DNA of 63,343 nucleotides, filler included, from Polymyxa betae A26-41 (taxonomy: Eukaryota > Protista > Endomyxa: Phytomyxea), in NCBI GenBank assembly GCA_003693705.1. It is 5 parts of 5 records of this genome, joined end to end, with 100 filler letters (N's around TTAATTAATTAA, not from the genome) between each part and the next. Parts side by side here need not be neighbours in the genome. Positions count along the whole stretch, not along the records: positions 8,463 to 35,182 come from RBZT01000327.1; positions 35,283 to 55,582 come from RBZT01000662.1; 3 more parts are not named here. One strand, 5' to 3'. This document shows positions 25,217 through 38,300 of this stretch, in pieces (the stretch's first letter is position 1; every line of letters begins with the position of its first letter). The notes under the pieces are model-generated. The model was given only the letters and a program-made list of their open reading frames with translations. It made no database searches and was not told the DNA's origin. The translations under genes and the position numbers were made by a program.

Positions 25217-25712
25217 TAGATCGACTTCTATGACGGGCAGCATCTGCCGACAGCTGCTCTCCGTCTTATCTGTCGCCAGACAGAAAGATTTACTCGCCTG
25301 ATGGACAATGCCTGAACGACTGTCCCGTCCAGCCAGGCACAATTTCGATACCTACATATAGCTATTTGGCACGAAGTAAATTTTTTTTTGCGCGGCGGAA
25401 TTTTTTTTGTCGTTGTCACCCCTTGACCCTTCTCGAATTCCGTAACTCACTGCACGCCGCTGAAACGCCATTCTGCGAACATTGATTCCGGTGATGTTGC
25501 TACACCAAGATTGATTCCAACGAGACACAAATTCGTCTGAATGAATGTTCGGCGTTCAAAGAAATCAGAGAGGTCACATCATGTTAGTCGTGTTCTCAGA
25601 TTAGCCATGCAAAAAAAGACTGTCCCGATCAATAGACTGCCCGAACAATCGAGAAAAGTAAAAAAAATTCTCGAATTCTGTGATTTGGTTTTGAACAGGT
25701 TTATCAAAAGAA

Positions 25713-25784
25713 TGAAGGATGACGGATTCGAACCGCCGATCTTGGGGTCTGGAATCCCACGCCCTGCCCCTAGGCCAATCCTCC
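25713..25784 (-). tRNA. trnW: tRNA-Trp (CCA)
   Basis: 72-nt cloverleaf: acceptor GGAGGAT/ATCCTTC, D stem GCCT/GGGC, anticodon loop TTCCAGA, T arm GGCGG-TTCGAAT-CCGTC, discriminator A, TTTT downstream. Confidence 0.9.
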
Positions 25785-26473
25785 ACATGTTTTGTGCTCA
25801 TCCTGTTTGATCAATCTCGAGATATCAATAGCGTTGACTCGCGCTCATTCCAACGGAAGCATTGCCTTCCGATTAAGATCACTGAGCGGATGTCTTATAA
25901 TATATAAGGTCGTCATCTTGTTGTTATGACGGCTGCGGGTGTGTCAAGAATGCTCGCTTTCTTCTCGCATATGACATCATCAGTTATTCGTCCATCATCT
26001 GTATTGTCAATCAAAGAGCAAGGTCCATATACACAGCCAGATCTATTCTCTATTCAAAAAAGCGGTTTTCGCATAACACACCACAACAAATCTTCAAAGT
26101 CAAACTTCAGCTCCTAATGACATGTCAAAATGAGGAATTTCGATCTGCTATGATGGATGCCTCTATCAACTATCCACAAACGCAACCTTTTGTTATCGGA
26201 CTCGGCGTCCTATTGTGACTTTTGAATAATGATTGCTGTTTTGATGTAATCTTCTCTTTGCAAAATTTGCTCGTTGACCCAAAACCAGATTGAATTCCGT
26301 CATAAAGAATGGAGTGGTTCGGGGATGGATCAGAACCTATTATTTCGCTTGAAAACTTTCAGAAGCATCTAAACAGAGGACGACATCATCGACGCTGACC
26401 GAACGCCAACAATTCAGTTTACAAATAGAACTGAAATAAAAGAAATGCAATCAGAAAATTCGGATATTACAGT

Positions 26474-29400
26474 TTAATCGACAGATAGCTGTTGACATCG
26501 CAAGAACTCTTCGGCACAGCGATCACGCTTATCAAACCGCCTGGCACAATTCCAGCAATGGGAAAGCAGGTACCAGATTTCGGTCGTTAAAGTGGGGGAG
26601 CCAGAGCAATACGAACGAGCTTCATTCAGGTAGTGGATAGATTGCTTCAGAGCTGCATCACGTTTTGTTTTGTCATCAGACGACGTGTTGCGCCAGATTC
26701 GCAGAGACGATTTCGCCAGGATCAAGAACGCCTGAAAAAGAATAAAATTAAACACGAAATGATAGCAAGTAAGAGCTTAGAATTCATCATTATCAAAAAG
26801 CAAATGATAAGAAGCAGTAAAGATATTCCAGACCCAATAAAAAGAGTTGGAAATGGATCTAAAGAAATTGATAGTTTGTATATGCTACCTGAGCTTTAAA
26901 ATCTGAGGATAATTGCTCGAGAATATCAGGAAGCGATTGCTTCAGCATTCTGAGAGCGACTTCAGGAGCATCAAGCGTCAGCAGTAGAGAGGCAAGCTTC
27001 AGGCGACACTCCAACGCTATAGGAAGCGATCTCAATTCAGCTTCAGACGCCAAGTATAAAGCCTGTAGAACAACCGGCGCGAACTGAGCTGAGCTCGACA
27101 CTTGTTCAGCGATTGTTGCCTGTTCTAAATGAATAAAAAAGCGACAGATATAAAAGCATAAAAAAACTGAATAAAAAAACTGAAAAATTCAATAAAGAGA
27201 AAACAGGAAAGAGAGCAACAAAAAGCTTTCAATCAATGACGCTTCGATTTCGCGAAGCAGGAAATAGGACCAAAAAGGAAGCCAATACCGTTTTCCTTTT
27301 ACAAGCAAACATGGGGAATCAACAAACGCAACCAAACACGATTCGGTTATGCTAACCTGTAAGAGTAAAGTACGGGCGATATCAGCATTAGACGATCGAC
27401 GACGGCATTCAGCGAGAAACGTCTCTGAGAGGTCCCAAGCCTCACGCCAGCGCTGACCGTCAATGAAGCGTTGAATATCAGCGATCGCCGTCTCCACTTG
27501 GCACCGTAACGGTCCCGCTTCGGCTGCATGATGATCGCGCAAGTCACAAGATTCTCTGCCTTCAGAATTGGCAGCCGAATGATGCTTCTGAAAGTTTGTT
27601 GATGAAACCTCATGAAAGCTGAAACCCTTAAAAACAGTGTAAAATTAAATTTTTCTATGAGAAAAAAGTTTCAACTAAATATGGGATTTTAACAATTGAA
27701 GACAGCTCAAACGAACCTGTGAAGAATCCGAGTCAGAAAGCGACCTAATCGCTTGATTTTTGAGACGAGAATCTGGAGCGAATCTAATAAACATTGTCAT
27801 TGATTTTGTGATGAGAAATAAGGAGACCGACACCGACCTGGCAGCATATTGCGCTGTAAGACCAGCCAGATGGCGGCTGGCGAACGACATCCAGACCTGC
27901 GATCTGGCCAGCTGGATACCGGCGTAGAGAAGGTCCCGTTCTGAAGCGGTGGCAGCATCTCTAACGCAGGCGAGACCGGCATCAACCAGAGGCCATAGCT
28001 GCGAAGACTCTGAAAGGAAAGGTGAGCTGGTGGTAAAATTGATAAAAAAAGCATACTATCAATACCGCTTACGCGGGCTTGGATGAAAGCGATGATGTTG
28101 TTGGCGTCTAGCGAAGCGAAAGGCTCACGACTATGAAGATGAGTAAGAAAACATTTGTAGAGAAGCACGTTACGACATGCAATCGCAAGCAAAGCAAACT
28201 TGCATAAGCGAATGAAACGGGTTAGAAATGGAAGACATAAGTTGATACATTCGAAGTGCTAGAAATTCATAGCAAAAGCTATTGAAAACATGAGGTGATT
28301 TTTAAGAAGCGAATGCGAAGCACACGTAAAAGCGATTTGAAAAGATACTTGGAAAACAACGAAATAATTGAAGAAAACTTGAAAGCGTAGAGGAGCAAAA
28401 ATGCAGAAAACTGACCCAGGAGCGCGCGTGCCGTTCGCAGCCAAAGTGGAAGACAGAACGCCATGCAGGAAACGCAATTCCAGAGGTGAATGACCGCCCG
28501 TTTCCTTCTCCAAAGCAGCCAGAAGCGATAAAGCACGCAGCAGGCAATCGGCGTCGTTATTCTGCTGGGCGATCCGAATCGTCTCTCGCAACGTCTATCA
28601 AAGCAATAAGCGGAAGACCAAAATCATGAGGAGAATCCTGGACCTGGTGAGCGGCAGGAATGTGTCCCAGATGGAAATGAAGCAAGGCGAGAGCCAGTAC
28701 GGCAAGCTGGTTACGATATCCGGTTAGATCGAAGAAGAGGTGCAGGTTGGAGATCGCCCCTGAAGGTGGAAATGAGACATTGGAAAAAAGGACGATGTCC
28801 AACGACCTTCGAACTCGCGATGCAGCATGCAGTTTAGGAAGCGAAGGTAATGAATATCAGGAGGAGGGCGATGCTTTGAATCGATCAGCTCAGAGAGCAA
28901 ACGCTCAGTCTCCGAATACGACGATTCACCACCTAAAGCACATTTGTTAAAGTTTAAAAAAAGCAACTTGAAACGCTGATAAAAAAACTGCAACAAAAAC
29001 TAGGAAAAAGCGACGATAGAATTGCAAACGAAAACATTGAATGATCGAAAGCAGAAGAGACTTTACCAGATCTCTCAATGTCGGTTGCTCGTTCGCGTAA
29101 GAATTGTCTCAGCATGTTAGGACGGCACATGGAGTCGGGCAGCGTGCCAGCGCGAAACCGCAAGACGTCGTCAAAGAGCTGTGAGATGGCGCTGAACGAC
29201 AGCGTATTGAAGGCCAGCAAAACCTCGCGCATGAAGACGCCCAACGCACTGCAGCGACTCTATACTAGATTGCTCAGCTCAGGAAGAGATCGGGAGCTAA
29301 AAGTCATGGAAAGATCAATAGACAGAAGATCACGGATAGAAGATAAGTGAAGCGAATAAAAGAAAGGTATAAAAAAGATTTCTGAGAAGCTAATTGAAAG

Positions 29401-30136
29401 TGTTTTCAAAGAAAGTCTTAAAAAAATATCTCGTTTAGAAAGAATCAACGATTGAATGTGTGAAAGAGCTACGAAATGCACAGAAGAGACGCATTAAAAA
29501 GCTGTTTAAAACACAAAATGAGAGTTAACGAAGCATAAAAGCGTCAAGATCATACAATGGTTTCATTCGTGTCGTTATTGATACAGCTTTCAAACTGCAT
29601 GAAGAGATCAATCAGGTCATCGGGCGATTCAATATTGTCCAGCTAGAGAGATTGATGAGAATCCAAAACGGCAATGAAGAGACAACGCCGAAGTACCGTT
29701 CCGTCCAAGAACGCGCGATCGTCGACCAGATCACGTTCCATAAGCATGGTACGTAAATCATCCAGCGTCATTAGCAGCGGTCGATCACAACGCTGAAAAA
29801 TACGTCAGAAATACAGATGTTGGATCAACAGATACTGTGATGGAGGGAAAACAAGCCTGTACAAAAATCTAGACATTTACGACCTAAAAATTGCAAGTAA
29901 CAAAAGCTAATCAGAAAAAGAAGGAAGAAATCTCTATTCGAATAAGGTGGAAAGCCAACCTGCGTTAGGTAAAAAAGCAGAGTGGCCAGAGGACCTGATG
30001 ATTCGCTCATCTCGGCATAACGCAGGGCCAGAATGCAGATCGCTGTATGCAGAGGCACGACGCAGCCGTCCGGGACATACTGGTCGGCGTCGTCGGTCGG
30101 CGTCCAGCCGGGATCGCCTGGCGCTGTGCCCGCCAT
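26474..30136 (-). CDS. ANAPC5: Anaphase-promoting complex subunit 5 (multi-exon)
   Basis: SPDDLIDLF, GVFMREVLLAFNTLSFSAISQLF, AISNLHLFFD, ALLHFHLGH and ETIRIAQQNNDADCL match the APC5 conserved blocks. Exon limits not all resolved. Confidence 0.85.
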
Positions 30137-30337
30137 CGACGATGTGAAGATCGCTATCGCAGCGATGCCGTGAAAAAGGTTGCGCCTTCCAGCAAATTGA
30201 TCACAGCGATCCTTTTGGCCGACGAGAACAATCTCGCGATATGGAGATCAGCTGGAAGTAAAATTTGAATGTTTTAGGACTTCTTTGCCTCTTGTTCTAT
30301 ACAACTCGAGTGTTAATATGCCCGTGTTGTAAAACGG

Positions 30338-30853
30338 TTGATGCGGAAGCAACGAATCTGCAGAGCGCTTTCAAGAGACAAGATGTTAGAAACTGCTGAC
30401 AAGCTAAATTATACAAGAATCTCGGTTACAGGGATATGTTTAGATTTCACTACTGAATGTTTATTTCAAGTGGAAAGTGCTAAATTCAAGCTGTCAATCC
30501 TCTCGCAGCTGACAAGGGAGCATCTGACGTCTATGGATATGTTGAAAAATGCCTTTGAAAAGGTGAACGGAATCCCAGGTTATGGAAGTGGCCGACAAAT
30601 TAGGGTCTTCGCATCAATTTTGAATAGATTTTAGATAAAGGAGCCAGCTGCGGTTCTTGAGACAAGACCCTTACATACCAATCTTGAAAATCTGGAATGC
30701 CACTTGACGTTCTCAGATGATTCTCATTCCAAGAGCTTTTTTGCTTCGACTACTTGGCAATTGACATTTAAATACCGGAGAAAGTGCAACGTGGATGGAA
30801 GTGACTTCAGTCAATTACTGATGCGAGTTGTGACGGCAAGAAATTCGGTTTGA
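30338..30853 (+). CDS. Possible small spliced hypothetical gene
   Basis: Splicing gaaaag|gt (~30562) to tttag|ata (30635) continues an open frame for ~72 codons to TGA at 30851-30853. Start unclear, no recognised homology. Confidence 0.3.
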
Positions 30854-31300
30854 TGTAAAACGCTGACAGGGAGAATCATTTGCCGCCTCCAATCCAAATG
30901 GCTCTCTTTACAGCAGCCTTTGGTTTCAAATGAAGATTATAGCAGTCTAAAACCCGAGTTTCTACTAAGCTCCAGCCAATAAGGTAACAGATTGCTGTGC
31001 ATTTTTCACAGAATAAACAGCTTGCTGGCAGGCAGGGACCCTTGTCGGCATCGCGGACTGCGCTACGCCATACAGGATTTGGCACCTGGTCGACGTCGCC
31101 GCTCTCACCCCCAAATTTCATCTACTGGCAGCAAGCAGCTTCGTCTCACCAGCTCGAACTGCATTCTGATCTCTCTATAAGAGAAGGCAGCGCTCTTTGT
31201 TCTGACTTCGGTCTGTTTTTACGATACCGCCGAGCGGCCTTTTCCCTGTCGTCTCTATTTCTGTCACTCGATTTGGAGCTCATTCGTCGAATAGACAACT

Positions 31301-32969
31301 ATGGTGGCTGACTCGTTCGCCTGCAAGATCTGCTGTCTCGGTGCCGGCTATGTCGGCGGCCCGACCATGGCCGTCATCGCCGTTAAATGCCCGGATGTCA
31401 AGGTCACGGTCTGTGACATCAATCCCGCGCAAATAGCGGCCTGGAACTCCTCCAACCTTCCCATCTATGAACCCGGTCTCCAAGAAATCGTTGAGAAGTG
31501 CCGAAACAAAAACCTGTTCTTCACGACCGATCTCGATGCCGCCATTCGCGAAGCCGAAATCATCTTCGTCTCGGTTAACACGCCGACGAAAACACATGGT
31601 GTTGGTGCCGGTCGTGCTGCTAACTTGAAAAACTGGGAGCTTGCTGCTCGACACATTGCCCGTGTCGCTAATGGCCCCAAGATTGTCGTAGAGAAGTCGA
31701 CACTTCCTGTGCGTACTGCTCACTCTATGGCTCGGGTCCTGCATGCTGCAGAGACGCATAAGCATCAGATTCTGTCCAACCCCGAGTTTTTGGCTGAAGG
31801 TATCTCAATGTTTATTACTTAGTCCTATTTTTATTGGGGGTTTTCCGAATTTTCTTCCTTGATTGTAATTTCCTTTCCACTCTCATCGAATTTTTCATTT
31901 TGCGGATTAGTATTCTTTTTGTAATATTTCTGGCTTCTAGGTACGGCTATCAGTGATTTATTCAAGCCCGACCGTGTTCTAGTCGGTGGCCCCGTCACTA
32001 AAGCCGGCCAGGCTGCCGTCGCTCGTCTGGTCTGGGTTTACGAGCACTGGATCCCTCGTGAAAGGATTCTTACCACAAATCTGTGGTCCTCCGAACTGTC
32101 CAAGCTTGTCGCTAACGCATTCCTAGCTCAGCGTATTTCCTCAATCAATTCGATTTCGGCGCTCTGTGAAGTAACTGGTGCCGATGTCAGCGAGGTCGCC
32201 CATGCTATTGGTACCGATTCACGTATCGGATCGCAATTCCTTAAAGCCTCCGTTGGATTTGGAGGCAGTTGCTTCCAGAAGGATATTCTGAATTTGGTAT
32301 ACCTTTGTGAATGCTTCGGCCTTTACGAGGTAGCGCGCTATTGGGACCAGGTAATGAAGTTTGTTTTTCAACTGCTGTTTGTGTCAGTGCATCTTTTGAT
32401 TTTTTGTTGATCTTTGACTGAAATGTTTTTCATTGTTTGTCTAGGTAATTATCCTGAATGATTACCAAAAGACTCGCTTCGCCAAGAACATCATCAAGGC
32501 TATGTTCAACACGGTCTCTGGAAAGCGCATTGCCATTCTTGGTTGGGCTTTCAAGAAGGATACTGGAGATACCCGTGAGACTGCCGCCGTCTACGTCGCT
32601 AAGCATTTGATGGAAGATCGCGCCTGTCTGTCGGTGTACGACCCTAAGGTCGAGGAACAGCAGATCTTCAGCGATTTGAAATACTACGAAGCCGAGCTCG
32701 CTAAGGATATCGATCACCGGGAGCTGGTCACTGTACATTCCGATGCTTACGCTGCAGCCAAAGGCGCCCATGCTATTGCCATCATGACGGAATGGGATGA
32801 GTTCGCCAAATTGGACTATGAACGCTTGTACCAAACGATGGAGCGTCCGAGTTTCATCTTTGATGGTCGAAATGTCCTTAATCACGCCAAGCTACGCGAA
32901 ATTGGTTTCGAAGTTTACGCCATCGGGAAACCGGTACCCAACCATCAAGATATGGAGCAGTTCGCTTAA
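31301..32969 (+). CDS. UGDH: UDP-glucose 6-dehydrogenase; exons 31301-31799, 31941-32350, 32445-32969
   Basis: [57 protein letters not shown]; canonical GT-AG introns. Confidence 0.98.
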
Positions 32970-34032
32970 TGTGCCCCTGTCTAATGTCTAAATACTGTTC
33001 AAACTTCATTGTTAAACCATAAGCTGTTTGCATTTCTTTAGTGCTCTGCTTTCGCTCCATCTTGCTGTGAGATGGCTGTCGAAGTGTTTATGCTTCGGTA
33101 TTGATCTTCTTGACGGCAATTGCCGCTTTACAAACCGTCACTGCCAAATCTTGGAGTTGATTATGGGCATGAGCGACAGCATCTCATTATTAGCTTGCTA
33201 ATTTGCAGCATAGCAACCAATTCGGGCACTTCACTGTATTGGAACTCAGCGATCGCAAATAACGGCAGCGAAGCGGTCGAACTCTTGCGAGTAATGTTAC
33301 ATGGCACTCATTACGATCCTATCAATCGAACTACTGCGGTCTTGTCCCAACGGCGAAATTCTCTTCATCGGAATCCTCGTCCTTACCTGATTTCAGTCTG
33401 GTCTACGCCGTCGTACTGGTCCTGGTTTCGGTCCAGGCTCCTACAATGCAGGCCCGCCGATTGTCACTAGATTCCTGAATCCATATTTTGTCTGTCGGTG
33501 CCGTAATGATCGGTCTCAATCTGCTGGAATTACCTTGTCGAATCGACACGGATGGAAGGGTTATCAGCAATCGCCATTCTATCAGGTCATCACATGGTGG
33601 TTTCAATGAGGTTTACCTTTTCCTTTAAGAAATATAACAAGTTTCCCAGTAAAACAAAAATATCGATACAGAATGCACCCGAGCAAAGGAGAAATATCCC
33701 CTTACAAAGGCTCCCAATCGAATGGCATAGTGCTCGAGGCAGCGGGAGACGATAACTGCAGTTTAGAGCCTAAAACAGCAGTGTCTGCGCTGACCTCTGC
33801 CCGAGTCTTAAATCTCACGAGCAAACCTATCGCCAAAATTTGAAAAAGCGTCTAACGAACGGCGCAACAAATTTCAAAACTTTTCCGATTTTTCTCTTGA
33901 AAAATCTGGAGGCAGCAGGCTTATCATCTGAACAGTGTTGTTTATTGAAGTCGCACATTCACCGTGAACTAGAGGCCAAGATCTCTCCGATCTCTGAACA
34001 AAGCATTCACAGGTTGATTAAATCCAGACCAT

Positions 34033-34281
34033 CTAGAAGCGGCGGTATGGTCGCATGGGCGGGTACCACGAGCGTCGCGGGTACCGCCACCATGGGTAGG
34101 CGAATCGATTTGGACGTCGGTAGAAGGCGTATCGGGGCGGGGGTCGATAGAATGGAGGGGCGAATTGGAGCGCCTGGAAATCGCGCCCATCTGCCTTGAC
34201 GACGTCATTGCTGCTAGCAGCGACAGTTGCCGAGAGCAGCGTGGCCAGCGCGATCAGCAGTACCAGTAATGGTTTCAGCAT
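34033..34281 (-). CDS. Small secreted Arg/Pro/aromatic-rich peptide precursor (82 aa)
   Basis: Signal peptide MLKPLLVLLIALATLLSATVAA, a short spacer, then FAPPFYRPPPRYAFYRRPNRFAYPWWRYPRRSWYPPMRPYRRF. Confidence 0.7.
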   Translation of the reverse strand: MLKPLLVLLIALATLLSATVAASSNDVVKADGRDFQALQFAPPFYRPPPRYAFYRRPNRFAYPWWRYPRRSWYPPMRPYRRF

Positions 34282-34647
34282 GGTTTTAGAAGTGAATCGA
34301 GGTTGGCGTTCCGATCCGGGTCGGGCCGACCATCGGAGATCCGGAGAACGCGTCTCCGAACGAACTAATGGTGCTAACAATCAGCATCGTCCGTCGATGC
34401 AGGTTTTTCATACAATTTCTGTGTGAGAACGCAAGGATTCAAATAACTTTGGCCGCAAAACACCGGTAAATATTTTGCAGATATCACCCTGATTTTGTAT
34501 GGGTCCAGGACCCGGTGTTTTAGGACCCGGTGTTTTAGGACCCGGTCGGTTCCAATATGCGATCTGACTTTTTGGCACGCGGTTTTTTTCCTCTGCCCTC
34601 GTTGTGGGAATCTTGTTATCACTTTTCGTGCATGCAATGCTGATGGG

Positions 34648-35182
34648 CAGGCCTCATAAAAATAGTCAATCTATAAATAGATGACTATTTTGACTAATTT
34701 CACTTTGAAAAAGTAACTAATTTACGGAAATTTTGGAAGAAAGTTTTGTCAAATTTTATGAGTTGCGGACTGCAGCTGGTATCCCTGAAGACACCATTCA
34801 TTGCCATGGTTTCAGATACTCGAAGAAGTTTAATAGGCCAAGGCCTGTTAACTTATCCATCAATTTCCTAGGGGATTGCAGCCAGAAAAACTGGATAAGA
34901 TTCTCTACAACGTTGCTGAAATGATCATTACATTTACTGTTTGTTCTGCAAGAGGTCCGATCTGAGCGCGATTGATATATTTTAATGCCAGCTCAGTGAA
35001 CGAGACGCTGCCACAACTCCTGGAATTTATAGAAATGCGCCCAGAGAATTGATTGAGCTATTATCCGGACCTTTGTGCATTAGCCGGCGGTCTTGCTTCT
35101 GTTTTTTCCAAGTACACTAGTACAGCATCTGCAGAACCTGATTTCTTGTTACTTAAATGGTATAATGACGACTTCCGTCGTT
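34648..35182 (+). mobile_element. Internally deleted relative of hAT transposon 2 (runs into the contig end)
   Basis: Starts caggcctcataaaaatagtca as in the hAT2 terminus; remnant YPDLCALAGGLASVF...SAEPDF..LKW. Confidence 0.85.
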
Positions 35183-35282
35183 NNNNNNNNNNNNNNNNNN
35201 NNNNNNNNNNNNNNNNNNNNNNNNNNTTAATTAATTAANNNNNNNNNNNNNNNNNNNNNNNNNNNNNNNNNNNNNNNNNNNN
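35183..35282. other. Artificial contig linker
   Basis: N run + TTAATTAATTAA + N run. Confidence 0.98.
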
Positions 35283-35391
35283 AAACCGACGATCTTCATT
35301 CCTACACGACATTAAAAACCGACGATTCCGCCGGCAATTGGACTTCTTGCAGTGCGCCCTTAACCAATAAAAGGGGACTTTTTACTCGATC

Positions 35392-38300
35392 CTAACAGCG
35401 TGTAGTCGCTGGGAGGTCGATTTCATAAGCTCGCGTGTTGATCTGCCTGACGATTCTGTATGGTCCAAGATAAACAAACTCCAGTTTGCTGCATGGTCTG
35501 TTCGTAGGGATGTCGCCTCGTCGTAACCAAACCATGTCTCCCGGCTGATAATCTGGAGCCGGCATGCGCCCTTTGTTGGCCCAGCGCTCCATCCTTTCCT
35601 GGGCTTGTTTTATGATAGTCTTTAGGAATAATCAAATTGTGTGAAGACGTTCGGCACGCTGGTCGGCAGATGGGTTTGGTCTAGGACCGGCCGTTTGACT
35701 GATATCGTGAAATCGTGGGTGGAACCCATAGTTCGCGTAAAATGGAGACATGCCAATTGCAGAGTGCAGGGAGTTGCTGTAGGAAAACTCGGCCATTGGT
35801 AAAAGGTCGACCCAATCATCTTGCAGAAAATCAATGTAACATCTCAGATATTGCTCGAGGCATTGATTAACTCGCTCAGTCTGCCCATCCGATTGTGGGT
35901 GGCGGGACGACGACTTGCAACTTTGAATCTTTAGGCGTTTCAGTAGTTGGGACCAGAACTTTGCCACAAACTGTGGACCACGATCTGAGATGATCTCCGC
36001 TGGCAGACCATGGAGTCGGAAGACATTCGTCAGTAAGAGGCTTGCAACATCTTCAGCAGTCAATTCTTCACGGCATGGTATAAAGTGGGCCATCTTAGAG
36101 AGGCGGTCAACGACAACTAGAATAGAGTTATATCCGTTCGAAACAGGTAATTTTACGATTAGATCCATAGATATCGAGCGCCATAGGTCTGTGGGAATAG
36201 GTAGTGGTAAGAGGAGACCGTGACTCTTGTGTCGCACGACTTTGCTTCGTGTACAAGTATCGCAAGAGGCGATATAACCTTCAACATATTGACGTAGTTG
36301 GGGCCACCAGAAATGTCGTCGAACCAGCTCCAAGGTCTTTTTGATGCCAGGATGCCCAGCGACTACGGCATCGTGGCACATCCGCAATATAACTAGCTTC
36401 AGTTTGTCACTTGAGACCACCATGGCGTTTCGATAGTACAGGATTCCGTCGACCATCTCATAGTACGGCGACGGTTTCTTGTCAATGAGAAGGTTGTCGA
36501 TTAGTTCCTTTACTTGCGAATCCGCCTGTTGAGCTAGTCGAATAGAATCAGTGAGATCATCTGCTTCTTCGTTGTAAATTGCCACGGAGGTGAGACTACA
36601 GACGGCGAATTGGCTTTTCTTCAAAACAGTTTGCTTTTGAACATCCCAAGAAGGGTCGTCCGGAGAAATTTCATACTCTAGTCTCCGGGAAAGCGCATCT
36701 GGAACTCCAGATGAGGCTCCCGGTCTGTGCACGATCTCGAAATCGTGTTGGGACAGTAGTTGCGACCATCGTACTTGTCGGCGATTCAGGACCTTGGTTG
36801 AAGCGAAATGGACCAGGTTCTTGTGATCTGAGTAAACTGTTATCTTGTGAGGTGAGCCTTCCACATAGTGTCGCCATTCTTTAAATGCAGTTATCACAGT
36901 TAACAGCTCCTTGTCGTGTACATCATAATTGATTTCCGACGGGCATAATTTTCTGGAATAAAAAGCCACAGGGTGAAGCTTGCCATTACCTCCAGGTTGA
37001 GACAGGACCATTCCGATGGCGAAATCTGAAGCGTTAGCCTCGATGAAAACTGGTTGGTTTGGTTTGAAATGTGCCAGGAGAGGTGCAATCTGGAAGGCCT
37101 CCTTCAACCGTAGAAAAGCCTTTTTCTCAGTTGGTCCCCAAATGAATGCTAGATTTTTCTGAGTTAGTCGTGTTAATGGCGAGGCGATCTCGGAATAGTT
37201 CACTATAAAATCCCTATAGAAGTTCGCGAAGCCTAAGAAGCGTTGGACGCCGCGTACATCTTTCGGGTCCTTCCAATCGAGGATGGTCTGAACCTTACCT
37301 TTATCCATTCGGCATCCTCCCGGGGTTATGATGTAGCCCAGAAATTCGACTTCCTTGACATTGAACGCACACTTTTCCTGTTTGGCGGCAAGGTCGTGAT
37401 CTGCAAGTTTTTGCAGCACTAATCTGACGTGTTCCTCGTGTTCTTGTTCGGAATTAGAATAAATTAGTAAGTCATCCAGATAGGATACCAGAACCGATCG
37501 ATGAATTCCCGGAATATGTCATTCATGAAGAACTGGAAAAAGGACGGCGCGTTCATCAGACCGAAGGGCATTACCCGATACTCGTAATTCCCATACTTGC
37601 ACGTGAAAGCTGTCTTCCACTCATGACCATTCTTGATCCGGAGTAGGTTATAAGCCCCACGCAAATTGAGCTTCGTATAAATTTTTGCAGACCGTAATTG
37701 CTGGAGTACATCTCGAATAACTGGGATAGGATACGGGACCTTCTTCGTGATTGCGTTGAGTCCCCTATAATCAATACATGGCCTCAGGCTACCGTCCTTC
37801 TTCTCTGCAAACAGGACGGGGGCACCTAGCGGTGAACGTGAGTGACGAATAAATCCTTTTTTGAGCATGTCGTCAATGTACTCCCTTAAAGCGAGCTCCT
37901 CTTTGGCTGATAGGCTGTACATTTTACGCTTGGGGTATGTGTCGGATCCAGGTATCAAGTCAATAGAGCAATCATGGGTGCGATGTGGAGGCAGACTATC
38001 GGCTTGCTTTCTCCCGAACACCTGCGCGTACACTTGATATCGGATGGGGATTCCATCATTGCTGTTGGGGACGTCCAAGGTGGCCGAACAGATCCCGAGG
38101 GCAGTCTCTCGAGTTGGGTTTTGGAATAGCACTTGTCCTGTTTTCCAGATAATGTCCGGGTTGGCAGAGCGGAGCCATGGTATTCCCAAGATGACAGGGT
38201 ACATAGGTGAATCGATCACGAACATGTTGCCATTGAACGATGCCCGGTTTTCGCTGGTCTCGACAGTTAGCATCTGAGTTCTGAAGGTAACATTGGAAAT

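Larger units (their letters stand above)
23215..25422. mobile_element. Non-autonomous DNA element with long (~150-190 bp) imperfect TIRs, superfamily uncertain (PIF/Harbinger- or Kolobok-like)
   Basis: ggggtgacaacgacaaaaaa...cagataagacgg...ctgtcggcagatgctgcc at 23215-23368 is inverted at ~25235-25422. Flanks are ttta and ttga. Confidence 0.75.

Noticed and set aside
31280-31765. Long antisense ORFs over UGDH, Copia and other genes
   Set aside because: Shadow frames arising from the codon bias of the real coding strand.
34508-34546. 15-bp tandem repeat ggacccggtgtttta (about 2.5 copies) upstream of the peptide gene
   Set aside because: Too short to assign a regulatory role.
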